From the NCBI GenBank assembly GCA_963752195.1, contig CAVVXI010000004.1:261641-325640 (forward strand): a DNA stretch of 64,000 bases. Reading direction: 5' to 3'. The number at the start of each line of letters is the position of its first letter. Positions within the stretch are counted from its first letter, which is position 1. The notes beneath the pieces were generated by a model, which was given only the letters and a program-made list of their open reading frames with translations, ran no database searches and was not told the origin of the DNA. Positions 28,264 through 37,556 of this stretch are shown piece after piece. This DNA is from an uncultured Bacteroidales bacterium. Its GTDB lineage: Bacteria; Bacteroidota; Bacteroidia; Bacteroidales; UBA10428. The position numbers and the translations under genes are program-made.

Positions 28264-29298
28264 ACTAAATTGAATCATCGCCTTCATCACCCCGTCTTTG
28301 TATCCGGCAACCATATCAAAGGCACGGGGGGTCTCTGAAAAGCTGAACCGGTGCGTTGCCATGAGGCTGACGTCGATTTTTCCGGTTGACATGGAATGAA
28401 GGGCATCTTCCGTACAATCCACCTGCCTGCGGATATTTTGTATTATGATTTCCTTTCTGCGAGCGACATCTGCTGGAACTTTCCAAAAATCAAATTCGGG
28501 AATGCCAACAGCAACGAGCTTTCCTCCCGGTTTCAGTAATTCGAAGGCCTGGCCAAACGCTTCCTGCTGGCCGCAGCATTCAAAAATCACGTCAAGCATC
28601 AGGGGTTCGATCCCGAGTATTTCTTTTACAACATCCTGTTTCTCAACATTGCCCGCATAGGTTGCGCCGGCATTTTTCACAATCCTCAGCCGTTCATCCA
28701 GTTTATCCGTCATGTAAATCTTTTCGCATCCCCCGGCTTTGGCAGCCAGCAATACACTCATACCGATGGGGCCGGAACCAAGTATGCCAATCCGGGCTCC
28801 CTCCATTGGTATCGATTTTCGAACCGCATACACACCAATGGCAAGGGGTTCCGAAATAACCGCATGCTCCAGGCTAAGGTGATCATCTATCCGGATGCAA
28901 CTTGTCTCAGGCATAATGATATATTCTGTAAGACAACCATCGGCTTGTCCCGGACAACCCAAAAACCGCAGATTTCGACAGGTATGATGCCGGCCGGCCA
29001 TACATTGATCACACTCCCAGCATGGCATTGCAGGTTCGATGGCAATCCGGTCACCGGCTTTTACACGGGTAACCCCCGGTCCGGTTTTTATAACTATGCC
29101 TGCACCTTCATGTCCGACCGGAAATGGATATTGCACAACCTGGCTGCCGATTTTACCGGCAACATAATAATGAATATCGGATCCACAGACACCCACTACA
29201 GCCATTTTAATTAATACATCAGTATCATTCTTCAGCACAGGATCCGGAATATTTTTCATCTCCATCTTCCTGATGCCGGTGAGCATCATGGCTTTCAT
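28255..29298 (-). CDS. Zinc-dependent alcohol/polyol dehydrogenase (MDR family)
   Basis: 347 aa. GVCGSDIHYY, GHEGAG, a Cys cluster (CWECDQCMAGRHHTC) and a GxGxxG Rossmann motif (ILGSGPIG). Confidence 0.88.
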   Translation of the reverse strand: MKAMMLTGIRKMEMKNIPDPVLKNDTDVLIKMAVVGVCGSDIHYYVAGKIGSQVVQYPFPVGHEGAGIVIKTGPGVTRVKAGDRIAIEPAMPCWECDQCMAGRHHTCRNLRFLGCPGQADGCLTEYIIMPETSCIRIDDHLSLEHAVISEPLAIGVYAVRKSIPMEGARIGILGSGPIGMSVLLAAKAGGCEKIYMTDKLDERLRIVKNAGATYAGNVEKQDVVKEILGIEPLMLDVIFECCGQQEAFGQAFELLKPGGKLVAVGIPEFDFWKVPADVARRKEIIIQNIRRQVDCTEDALHSMSTGKIDVSLMATHRFSFSETPRAFDMVAGYKDGVMKAMIQFSDE

Positions 29299-29334
29299 AC
29301 CTTACATTAGTTAGTAAGGAACAAATATAATTCT

Positions 29335-30468
29335 TTAACCGAGATTTTTTGAGGGCAGGATAAATTTGAAGGTTGAACCTTTGGAAGGTTCGCTTTCCGC
29401 CCACATCCTGCCACGATGAATGCCTATGTAGCTTTTACAGATAGCCAGGCCCAGGCCGGTTCCATGCTCCATGCAGGTGCCATTTGAGCTTTGAATTTTT
29501 TCATTGCTGAAAAGCTTTGACAGTTCCTCTTTTTGAATACCGATTCCGTTATCCGATACATTATATTCCACACCTTCGGATACGGAAAATGATTTAATCG
29601 TGATTTTGCCACCTGGATTACAAAATTTGATGGCGTTCGAAATAAGATTTACAAGAACCGTCCTTATCATGTTCACATCCCCGTAAACCTTTAAATGGGC
29701 TTCAATATCCGTTCTTAACAGGATATTTTTGGAATCAGCCTGGAATCTGCAAAGTCTGATTATTTGCTTTACTGGAAAATCAGCATCGAAATATACCGGG
29801 TTGAAAGGCTGTGGATCGTTTTGGAGCCTGCCCCAATCAAGCAATCGTACCAGGAAACTTAAAGTTTGCTCGGTTGCATCCTTTATAATGCGCGTATACA
29901 TGACCGATTTGTTAAGTTCGCTGTTAATTATGCTGTTGTTCAGCAGTTCACAATATCCAAGTATTGTATTGAAAGGGCTCCGCAGATCATGAGCAATTAC
30001 GGAGAAAATATTGTCCTTATACGATTGGATTTCATTAATGCCCGAGACTTCGTTTTCTCCCTCGGGAACAATGGATAAATTAACAGGCAAAGGACCAATA
30101 GCAGAAACTAAAACATATTTTCCGTTCAGGAAGTCAACTTTTTCTCCCATAAGGTAAACGTTCAAATAATCTCCTTTGCTGGTTTTTATCCTGCATTCCG
30201 ACTTATAGGGAAATTCAGGGGTATTAATATGGTTGAATAATTCGTTTAACCGGGAATCAGAAAAAACTTCAAGCACTGAAAAATGTTTTCCAATTAAATT
30301 CTCATGCGGATATCCGAGTATTTGAAACACAGTGTTGTTTGCAGCAACCATTAATCCTTGTGGATCGAGTATCCATAAGAAGAACCCGGTTTGGCTTGCA
30401 TTCAGGCAGGAGTCTGATTTTGCTTTTTTTTCACCTGAATATGATTGACTATTTAGGTAGGGGTCCAT
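29335..30468 (-). CDS. PAS sensor histidine kinase
   Basis: 377 aa. H-box SVIAHDLRSPFNTILGY, N/G boxes (LISNAIKF, DNGIGI, GTGLGLAICK). Confidence 0.88.
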   Translation of the reverse strand: MDPYLNSQSYSGEKKAKSDSCLNASQTGFFLWILDPQGLMVAANNTVFQILGYPHENLIGKHFSVLEVFSDSRLNELFNHINTPEFPYKSECRIKTSKGDYLNVYLMGEKVDFLNGKYVLVSAIGPLPVNLSIVPEGENEVSGINEIQSYKDNIFSVIAHDLRSPFNTILGYCELLNNSIINSELNKSVMYTRIIKDATEQTLSFLVRLLDWGRLQNDPQPFNPVYFDADFPVKQIIRLCRFQADSKNILLRTDIEAHLKVYGDVNMIRTVLVNLISNAIKFCNPGGKITIKSFSVSEGVEYNVSDNGIGIQKEELSKLFSNEKIQSSNGTCMEHGTGLGLAICKSYIGIHRGRMWAESEPSKGSTFKFILPSKNLG

Positions 30469-30479
30469 TTTGTCAGCTT

Positions 30480-30863
30480 TTAACTTGCCTGGAAAATTCT
30501 GACAGGCTGAAATTGAAGAACATTTTTTACTTTGTCGTAAAAATGATGTTGATTCAAAGGTTTGTTGAATGTAGCTTCCACGCCCAGCTTTTTCGCAACA
30601 TACAAGTAGTAAGGCTTGCTTCCGCTGATTGCGATGATTTTCAGATTTGGATGATGTTTTTTTACTTCCCTTATCATTTCCGTTCCTTCCATCACGGGCA
30701 TAATAATATCGGTGATAACCAGGTCATATATTTTGGATGATATTTTTTCCAAACCTTCTCTTCCGTCGGAAGCTTCGTCAAATTCAAGATTTTCGTTGCG
30801 GAAAAGGTTAATGATCAATCTGCGCATCATTACATTATCATCTACAAGCAATATCTTCTTCAT
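30480..30863 (-). CDS. Single-domain response regulator (receiver)
   Basis: MKKILLVDDN..., LVITDIIMP, IAISG, NKP. The start was moved to the ATG at 30863 rather than the track start 30899. Confidence 0.85.
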   Translation of the reverse strand: MKKILLVDDNVMMRRLIINLFRNENLEFDEASDGREGLEKISSKIYDLVITDIIMPVMEGTEMIREVKKHHPNLKIIAISGSKPYYLYVAKKLGVEATFNKPLNQHHFYDKVKNVLQFQPVRIFQAS

Positions 30864-31144
30864 ATGACCCGATTTTAATATAAATTTTGAAAAAGGCACT
30901 TCTATAAAAGTTTGATTATATGATGTTAAACGACTGTCATTCTTTTTGGTTGGAAATATTAAAGTAACAACCTATAATCATTGACGAACGAATCAAATTG
31001 AATGGCTAATGCTATACAGCAGGATTTCTTTGAAATGGAAGAATTGTTTTTTCTCAAATTCATCCCTGATTATATTAAATTTACCTGATGGATTGTTAAT
31101 TGCATGTTTTTGCAGTGACCTGACTTATCACTAAAACCCGGATA

Positions 31145-32092
31145 ATGATGAAAAGAATTCTAGTAACAGGAGGAGCAGGATTCATAGGATCTCATGTATG
31201 TGAAAGGCTTTTAGCGGAAGGGAATGACGTGATATGTCTCGATAATTACTTCACCGGATCCAAAGAAAATGTTGTTCATCTGCTGGATAGTCATTATTTT
31301 GAGCTGGTGAGGCATGACGTAACCACACCTTATTATGCCGAAGTGGATGAAATTTACAACCTTGCCTGTCCGGCTTCTCCCATCCATTACCAGTTTAATC
31401 CCATAAAAACAATCAAAACTTCCGTTATGGGAGCGATTAACATGCTGGGTCTGGCAAAGCGAGTAAAAGCCAAAATATTACAGGCCTCAACAAGTGAGGT
31501 TTATGGAGATCCGGAAGTGCATCCGCAGGTTGAGGGTTACTGGGGCCATGTTAACCCTATCGGAATCCGTTCCTGCTACGATGAAGGAAAGAGGTGTGCA
31601 GAATCTCTTTTTATGAACTACCATTATCAGAACAAAGTAAAAATTAAGATTGTCAGGATTTTTAATACCTATGGACCCAGGATGTTACCGAATGACGGGC
31701 GTGTGGTTTCGAATTTTATAGTTCAGGCACTCGGAAACAGGGATATCACAATATTCGGGGACGGAAACCAGACTCGCAGTTTTCAATATGTCACCGATCT
31801 GGTGCAGGGGATGATTAGTATGATGAACAGCAGGGATGACTTCAGGGGACCGGTAAATATTGGAAATCCTCATGAATTCACCATCAAGAAATTAGCCGAA
31901 ACTGTGATTGGCCTTACCGGTTCAAGATCAAAAATAATTTATATGCCTCTCCCTGAGGATGATCCGATGCAGCGGCAACCTGATATAAGCCTGGCCAGGA
32001 AGGAGTTGAACGATTGGGAACCTACCGTGGATCTTGAAAAAGGACTCATTCAAACGATTGGGTATTTCAGGAAAAGATTACATTCTGTCTGA
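31145..32092 (+). CDS. UDP-glucuronate decarboxylase (UDP-xylose synthase)
   Basis: 315 aa. SDR fold with [22 protein letters not shown] and overall UXS-like sequence. Confidence 0.88.
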   Translation: MMKRILVTGGAGFIGSHVCERLLAEGNDVICLDNYFTGSKENVVHLLDSHYFELVRHDVTTPYYAEVDEIYNLACPASPIHYQFNPIKTIKTSVMGAINMLGLAKRVKAKILQASTSEVYGDPEVHPQVEGYWGHVNPIGIRSCYDEGKRCAESLFMNYHYQNKVKIKIVRIFNTYGPRMLPNDGRVVSNFIVQALGNRDITIFGDGNQTRSFQYVTDLVQGMISMMNSRDDFRGPVNIGNPHEFTIKKLAETVIGLTGSRSKIIYMPLPEDDPMQRQPDISLARKELNDWEPTVDLEKGLIQTIGYFRKRLHSV

Positions 32093-32181
32093 ACGGTGGA
32101 ATCCTTGCCATAAAATTGGGTCAACAGGTTTTTGTTTGTTGCGATATGCTTATATTCGATGAATAATTTAACGCGCGGGAA

Positions 32182-33642
32182 ATGAAAAACAAAATCTATA
32201 ACAAATTTCTGGTTCTTGTGGCTGCCTTGTCACTTATGGGTATTTGCAGTTCATCGTTTGATAACGGGATTACGGATAATTCCCGCTTACAGCCCACAAT
32301 CAAAGACTGGGTTAACAAAGGAGCAGACCAAACAGGGAACGGTTTCACCTTTGCAAAAAAAGACGCCAGTTTATCTACAAAGGCAAACCTTAAAAATTTC
32401 ATTCTTAATTTACGCATTAAGACTTCTGCCGGCGCTGAAGGGATAATATTATTCCATGCATCAGCTGACGGAAAGGACTTAGCCAGGGGATATCGGGTAA
32501 TTATTAATAACAGCGATTACAGGGCCGGAAACCCTCAAAAAACGGGTAGCCTGGCATATATTCGTAATAATTTCGTTCGAAACGCTTCAGAGGATACATG
32601 GTTTGATATGCAGGTCTTTGTGAAGTCAAACCATATTTCAGTAAAGGTGAATGATAAACTCATCAGTGATTATATTGAACCGCTGAAACCACAGCGCATT
32701 AAAGGGAAGGAAGGAATGGTCCTTTCATCCGGCCGGGTAATTATACAAAAGAACAGTGAGTCAGGGAGTATTCAGATAGATCAGATCAGCATTGCGTCCC
32801 TGCCGGATTCACCCCCTGAAATACCCGATCCACTGACCGTGGATTCTGTTGGCGAAGCGCTGACAAAGCTGAACCAGATGGGTTATCCTTTAATTGACTT
32901 CCATGGTCATTTAAAAGGGGGGTTAACGGTGGATCAGGTAAGTGAACATGGTAGAAAATATGGTTACAACTATGGGATCTCTCCTAACTGTGGATTGAAT
33001 TTTCCGGTAACAAATGATTCTTCTTTAAGCGCATATTATAATAGTCTCGCTCCTGAACCCGTATTTAAAGCAATGCAGTGTGAAGGAAGAGAATGGATAA
33101 CCCTCTTCTCCCCGGAAGTAATAAGCCGGTTCGATTACATTTTTACGGATGCAATGACGTGGACAGATCACAAAGGACGTCGGATGAGGCTCTGGATCCC
33201 GGCCGAAACATTTGTTGATGATGAACAACAATTCATGGAAATGCTGGTAGGAAAAATTGAGGCCATCTTAAACAATGAACCTGTGGATATACATGTAAAT
33301 CCTACATATTTACCTGCCGTTATAGCCGCCGACTATGATAAACTCTGGACTCCCGGGAGAATGGACCGCGTGATTAAAGCATTAAAAGATAACGACGTAG
33401 CTCTTGAAATTAATGCCCGGTTTAAAATTCCGAGCCTTGCCTTTATAAAAAGAGCCCGGACGGCCGGAGTTAAATTTTCGCTGGGCACAAACAATGCCGA
33501 CAATACTGATCTGAACCGGCTTGAATATTGTATTAGGATAATTGAACAAGCCGGGATCACACCACAGGATATATTCCTGCCCAGACCTTCAGGAGATAAA
33601 AAAGTATTGAAAAAAGGATTGCCGGCAAAAATTACCGGATAA
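32182..33642 (+). CDS. Secreted fusion: DUF1080/LamG-like domain + PHP-like metal hydrolase domain
   Basis: Signal peptide. N-terminal half has the DUF1080 pattern (NFILNLRIKTSAGAEGIILFHAS...GYRVIINN...WFDMQVFVKSNHISVKVND). C-terminal half has IDFHGH and ALEINA, reminiscent of the PHP/HisJ family. Confidence 0.5.
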   Translation: MKNKIYNKFLVLVAALSLMGICSSSFDNGITDNSRLQPTIKDWVNKGADQTGNGFTFAKKDASLSTKANLKNFILNLRIKTSAGAEGIILFHASADGKDLARGYRVIINNSDYRAGNPQKTGSLAYIRNNFVRNASEDTWFDMQVFVKSNHISVKVNDKLISDYIEPLKPQRIKGKEGMVLSSGRVIIQKNSESGSIQIDQISIASLPDSPPEIPDPLTVDSVGEALTKLNQMGYPLIDFHGHLKGGLTVDQVSEHGRKYGYNYGISPNCGLNFPVTNDSSLSAYYNSLAPEPVFKAMQCEGREWITLFSPEVISRFDYIFTDAMTWTDHKGRRMRLWIPAETFVDDEQQFMEMLVGKIEAILNNEPVDIHVNPTYLPAVIAADYDKLWTPGRMDRVIKALKDNDVALEINARFKIPSLAFIKRARTAGVKFSLGTNNADNTDLNRLEYCIRIIEQAGITPQDIFLPRPSGDKKVLKKGLPAKITG

Positions 33643-33665
33643 ACTCAATTTCAGAATATTTTTTA

Positions 33666-33687
33666 TGCATTTTTGCAAAAAAATGCA
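33666..33687 (+). promoter_or_regulatory. Perfect inverted repeat TGCATTTTT-gcaa-AAAAATGCA upstream of speA
   Basis: Read directly. Ends 23 nt before the speA ATG. Candidate operator or 5' UTR hairpin. Confidence 0.3.
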
Positions 33688-33709
33688 GATTTATTAATTT
33701 TTGGCAGCA

Positions 33710-35602
33710 ATGAGAAAATGGCGCATAGATGACTCGGCAGAACTGTATAATATCCAGGGATGGGGAGTAAACTATTTTTCTATAAATGACAAGGGAAATG
33801 TAACGGTTTCACCTCGCAAAGATGGTTTTGAAATTGATTTGCGGGGTCTTGTGGATGAGCTGATCCTCCGTGATGTATCAGCTCCTATGCTTATCCGTTT
33901 TCCGGATATCCTGGATAACCGGATCGAGAAGATGGCAAAGTGTTTTGAAGTTGCAGCAAAAGCTTATAAATATAACGCCCAGAATTTTATCATATACCCG
34001 ATAAAGGTTAACCAGATGCGTCCTGTGGTGGAGGAAATAGTCAGGCATGGCAAAAAATTCAACATCGGACTGGAAGCAGGTTCTAAACCTGAACTTCATG
34101 CTGTTATTGGAATCAATGCTGACAGTGACTCCCTGATCATTTGCAACGGTTACAAAGATGAGGATTATGTAGAACTTGCCCTGTTGGCCCAGAAGATGGG
34201 CAAACGGATTTACCTTGTCGTTGAAAAACTGAATGAACTGAAATTGATTGCTTCGGTAGCCCGAAGGCTTAAGATAAAGCCCAATATGGGCATTCGCATA
34301 AAGCTTGCAAGCACGGGAAGTGGCAAATGGGAAGATTCGGGCGGAGACGTGAGTAAGTTCGGACTCACTTCCAGCGAGGTTCTGGAAGCAATGGATTTTC
34401 TTGAAAAGAATAAAATGAAGGACTGTCTTCACCTGGTTCATTTTCATATCGGTAGCCAGGTGACGAAAATCCGTCGTATCAAAACCGCTTTGCGCGAAGC
34501 ATCACAATTTTATGTTCAATTATTTAAAAATGGGTATAACATTGATTTTGTGGATATTGGCGGTGGATTGGGAGTGGATTATGACGGTACCCGTTCCGCC
34601 AACAGCGAAAGCAGTGTTAATTACAGCCTGCAGGAATACGTAAATGACTCAATTTATACAATGGTTGATGCAAGTGATAAAAATGGTATTCCGCATCCCA
34701 ATATCATAACCGAATCCGGTCGGTCACTTACTGCTCATCATTCCGTACTTATTTTCGAAGTATTGGAAACCACAACATTACCTGAATGGAGTGATGAGAC
34801 GCAGCCCGGTACGAGTGATCACGAATTGGTTCAGGAGTTGTATTCCTCATGGGACAGGTTGAATCAAAGTGGCATGCTTGAAACCTGGCATGACGCAGAA
34901 CAAATCCGGGAAGAAGCACTCGACAGGTTCAGCCTTGGTTTGCTGGATCTGAAAACCCGTGCACAGATTGAGCGTTTGTTCTGGTCTATTGCCAGGGAAC
35001 TATACCAGATGACCAATGAAACAAAACACGTTCCGGAAGAACTCAGGCATTTACCTAAAATATTGTCCGATAAATATTTTTGTAATTTTTCCCTGTTCCA
35101 ATCCATGCCTGATTCCTGGGCAATTGATCAGATATTTCCCATAGTTCCTCTTCAAAGGCTTGATGAGAAGCCAACTCGGGCAGCCACTCTTCAGGATATA
35201 ACCTGCGATTCTGACGGTAAAATTGACAATTTTATATCAACCCGCAATTTTTCATACTATCTTCCCGTACATTCAATTAAACAAAAGGAACCCTATTATC
35301 TGGGTGTATTTCTTGTAGGGGCTTACCAGGAAATACTCGGAGATCTTCACAACCTGTTTGGCGATACCAATGCCGTACATGTATCGGTTACAGATAAGGG
35401 GTATGAAATTGATCAGATCATTGATGGCGAAACGGTTGCTGAAGTTCTTGACTATGTGCAATACAATGCGAAAAAGCTGGTTCGCACCGTGGAAACATGG
35501 GTAACATCTGCAGTCAAATCAGAAACCATTACAGCGGAAGAAGGGAAAGAATTTCTTTCCACATACAGGTCGGGATTATATGGTTATACCTACTTGGAGT
35601 AG
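33710..35602 (+). CDS. speA: Biosynthetic arginine decarboxylase
   Basis: ~630 aa. MRKWRIDDSAELYNIQGWG N-terminus, PLP-lysine context IIYPIKVNQ, FHIGSQ, GGGLGVDYDG. The track start 33701 is TTG; the first ATG is 33710. Confidence 0.93.
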   Translation: MRKWRIDDSAELYNIQGWGVNYFSINDKGNVTVSPRKDGFEIDLRGLVDELILRDVSAPMLIRFPDILDNRIEKMAKCFEVAAKAYKYNAQNFIIYPIKVNQMRPVVEEIVRHGKKFNIGLEAGSKPELHAVIGINADSDSLIICNGYKDEDYVELALLAQKMGKRIYLVVEKLNELKLIASVARRLKIKPNMGIRIKLASTGSGKWEDSGGDVSKFGLTSSEVLEAMDFLEKNKMKDCLHLVHFHIGSQVTKIRRIKTALREASQFYVQLFKNGYNIDFVDIGGGLGVDYDGTRSANSESSVNYSLQEYVNDSIYTMVDASDKNGIPHPNIITESGRSLTAHHSVLIFEVLETTTLPEWSDETQPGTSDHELVQELYSSWDRLNQSGMLETWHDAEQIREEALDRFSLGLLDLKTRAQIERLFWSIARELYQMTNETKHVPEELRHLPKILSDKYFCNFSLFQSMPDSWAIDQIFPIVPLQRLDEKPTRAATLQDITCDSDGKIDNFISTRNFSYYLPVHSIKQKEPYYLGVFLVGAYQEILGDLHNLFGDTNAVHVSVTDKGYEIDQIIDGETVAEVLDYVQYNAKKLVRTVETWVTSAVKSETITAEEGKEFLSTYRSGLYGYTYLE

Positions 35603-36790
35603 ATGGATTTTAATGCAGACAGGGATAAACTTTACAGGCTGATTACTGAGAATGCCGGGGATGTTATCTGGATCATGGATGTTGAAAAGGGAAAGTTTAC
35701 CTATGTAAGTCCGTCGGTTCAGAAATTGCGTGGTTTTTCGCCGGAAGAAGTCATCAATCAACCTGTTTCAGAAGTATTAACCCCGGAAAGCTATCAGTTC
35801 ATTCTCAATAATCTGGGAATGCGGATTGAACAATTTTCGCAGGGCAATGATTCCCTTCGGGTAATGGTTCATGAAATGGATCAGACGTGCAAGGATGGGT
35901 CAATAGTTCATACAGAGGTGGTTACAACCCTGATGACAAATAAAGAAGGCAGGGTAAATGAGATCCTTGGAGTGTCAAGGGACATTACGGAACGTAAACT
36001 TGCACAGCAGGAAATTGCACGCTTAAATGGGGAACTTGAACAACGAATTGCAGAAAGAACTTCCCAGCTATTAATTTCAAATAACGAGCTCGAAGCTTTT
36101 ACCTATTCCGTATCGCACGATCTGAGGGCACCCTTGCGTGCCATTAATGGCTTTTCCACAATCCTTTCCAGGGAATACTCCGGCTGCCTTGACTTGGAGG
36201 CCAAAAGGCTGTTGAATATTATATGCGACAATGTGAAAAAAATGGATCGTCTGATCACCGATTTATTGGCTTTTTCACGACTATCCCGAAGCGAGATCAA
36301 TCTGCATCGTACAGCTATGAATTCAATTGTTAGTGCAGCCTTTGATTCCAATTCTTCCGATGAGGACAGAAAGAATATCAGGTTCATACTCCACGATCTT
36401 CCTGATGTGCCTTGTGATCCGACGTTAATGGGCCAGGTATGGGGTAACCTTATCTCCAATTCCATCAAGTTTACTTCGCCAATGAAAGAGCGTATCATCG
36501 AAATTTCCGGAAAAAGGGATGGGAATAAAACGGTTATTTATGAAATTAAGGATAATGGGGTAGGATTTAACCCAAAATATAAAAATAAGCTATTTGAGGT
36601 CTTCCAGCGATTGCATAAGATGGATGAATTTGAGGGATCCGGGGTTGGACTTGCTATTGTCAAACGTATTGTAAACAGGCACGGGGGTGTTGTTTCTGCC
36701 GAAGGAAAAGAAGGACTGGGTTCCAAATTTACAATTTCACTCCCCAATACACCCTTCAAGGGTGCCACCCTTGAAGGGTGCCACCCTTGA
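35603..36790 (+). CDS. PAS sensor histidine kinase (cytoplasmic, orphan)
   Basis: 395 aa. PAS region (ENAGDVIWIMDVEKGKFTYVSPSVQKLRGFSPEE), H-box SVSHDLRAPLRAINGF and HATPase boxes. The ATG directly abuts the speA stop (TAGATG). Confidence 0.88.
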   Translation: MDFNADRDKLYRLITENAGDVIWIMDVEKGKFTYVSPSVQKLRGFSPEEVINQPVSEVLTPESYQFILNNLGMRIEQFSQGNDSLRVMVHEMDQTCKDGSIVHTEVVTTLMTNKEGRVNEILGVSRDITERKLAQQEIARLNGELEQRIAERTSQLLISNNELEAFTYSVSHDLRAPLRAINGFSTILSREYSGCLDLEAKRLLNIICDNVKKMDRLITDLLAFSRLSRSEINLHRTAMNSIVSAAFDSNSSDEDRKNIRFILHDLPDVPCDPTLMGQVWGNLISNSIKFTSPMKERIIEISGKRDGNKTVIYEIKDNGVGFNPKYKNKLFEVFQRLHKMDEFEGSGVGLAIVKRIVNRHGGVVSAEGKEGLGSKFTISLPNTPFKGATLEGCHP

Positions 36791-36795
36791 AGGGT
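36751..36795. repeat. Three tandem 16-nt palindromic units (ACCCTT[C/G]AAGGGT + GCC)
   Basis: Read directly. Contains the HK stop (36788-90) and touches the yjbQ stop (36795-97). Confidence 0.9.
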
Positions 36796-37211
36796 CATTC
36801 ACCGATAATTTTTACCAGAACCCGTTTCCTGCGCTTGCCGTCAAATTCGCCATAGAAGATCTGTTCCCAGGGACCAAAGTCCATTTTTCCGGCAGTAACT
36901 GCCACCACAACTTCCCGGCCCATCAGTGTTCTTTTGATATGAGCATCGGCATTGTCTTCAAAACCGTTGTGTTTGTATTGCGAATAGGGCTTTTCCGGAG
37001 CCAGTTTTTCAAGCCATACTTCAAAGTCGTGATGCAGGCCCGATTCATCATCATTTATAAAAACACTGGCGCTGATGTGCATGGCATTTACAAGGATGAG
37101 GCCTTCTTTGATCCCGCTTTCAGCCAGGCACTGTCCCACCTGGCCTGTTATGTTGATAAATGCTCTGCGGGTGGGTACTTCGTACCATAGTTCCTTCCTG
37201 TATGTTTTCAT
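36795..37211 (-). CDS. yjbQ: YjbQ/UPF0047 family protein (secondary thiamine-phosphate synthase-like)
   Basis: 138 aa. Characteristic ITGQV...[26 protein letters not shown]...DNADAHIK...[13 protein letters not shown]. Confidence 0.85.
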   Translation of the reverse strand: MKTYRKELWYEVPTRRAFINITGQVGQCLAESGIKEGLILVNAMHISASVFINDDESGLHHDFEVWLEKLAPEKPYSQYKHNGFEDNADAHIKRTLMGREVVVAVTAGKMDFGPWEQIFYGEFDGKRRKRVLVKIIGE

Positions 37212-37332
37212 GGATTTATATTTTTCAATAACTTCTTTCCAAGGCCATTATCCCCCAACTGGCGGGGGTTGGGGGGTGGACTTTGACCATTTTTCTACCG
37301 ATAGCGAATCCCTACGGGATTTTCCCCTAATT

Positions 37333-37556
37333 CGTCCCTCGTCCCTGGTCCCTCGTTCCTCGTCCCTGGTCCCTCGTCCCTGGTCCCTGGTCCCTCGTCC
37401 CTCGTCCCTCGTCCCTCGTCCCTCGTCCCTCGTCCCTCGTCCCTCGTCCCTTGTCCCTCGTCCCTTGTCCCTCGTCCCTCGTCCCTCGTCCCTCGTCCCT
37501 TGTCCCTCGTCCCTCGTCCCTTGTCCCTCGTCCCTCGTCCCTCGTCCCTTGTCCCT
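37333..37556 (-). repeat. 32-unit heptad microsatellite: plus strand (CGTCCCT)n, minus strand (AGGGACG)n
   Basis: Counted unit by unit: 22 CGTCCCT, 4 GGTCCCT, 5 TGTCCCT, 1 CGTTCCT, giving exactly 224 nt. Lies between the pgm stop (37559-61) and the yjbQ start (37211). Confidence 0.97.

Noticed and set aside
27980-28265. 92-aa and 71-aa minus-strand ORFs with FAVLQFCS repeats.
   Set aside because: These are translations of the CTGCAAAA octamer array and flanking heptads in the tnaA/ADH spacer, so they are repeat artefacts.
28601-28620. tRNA-like T-loop sequence GGTTCGATCCC.
   Set aside because: It lies inside the ADH coding region. The flanking bases do not form a T-stem (AGGGG versus CCGAG), and no acceptor or anticodon arms can be built.
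30900-31144. 28-codon ORF (MANAIQQDFFEMEELFFLKFIPDYIKFT) in the regulator/UXS intergenic region.
   Set aside because: No start-context, signal or conservation evidence is available. It is likely chance in AT-rich DNA.
14096-37556. Possibility that the short tandem arrays are CRISPR arrays.
   Set aside because: Units are 7-16 nt and directly abutting with no spacers, and no cas genes are present. They are microsatellite- or REP-like repeats, not CRISPR.
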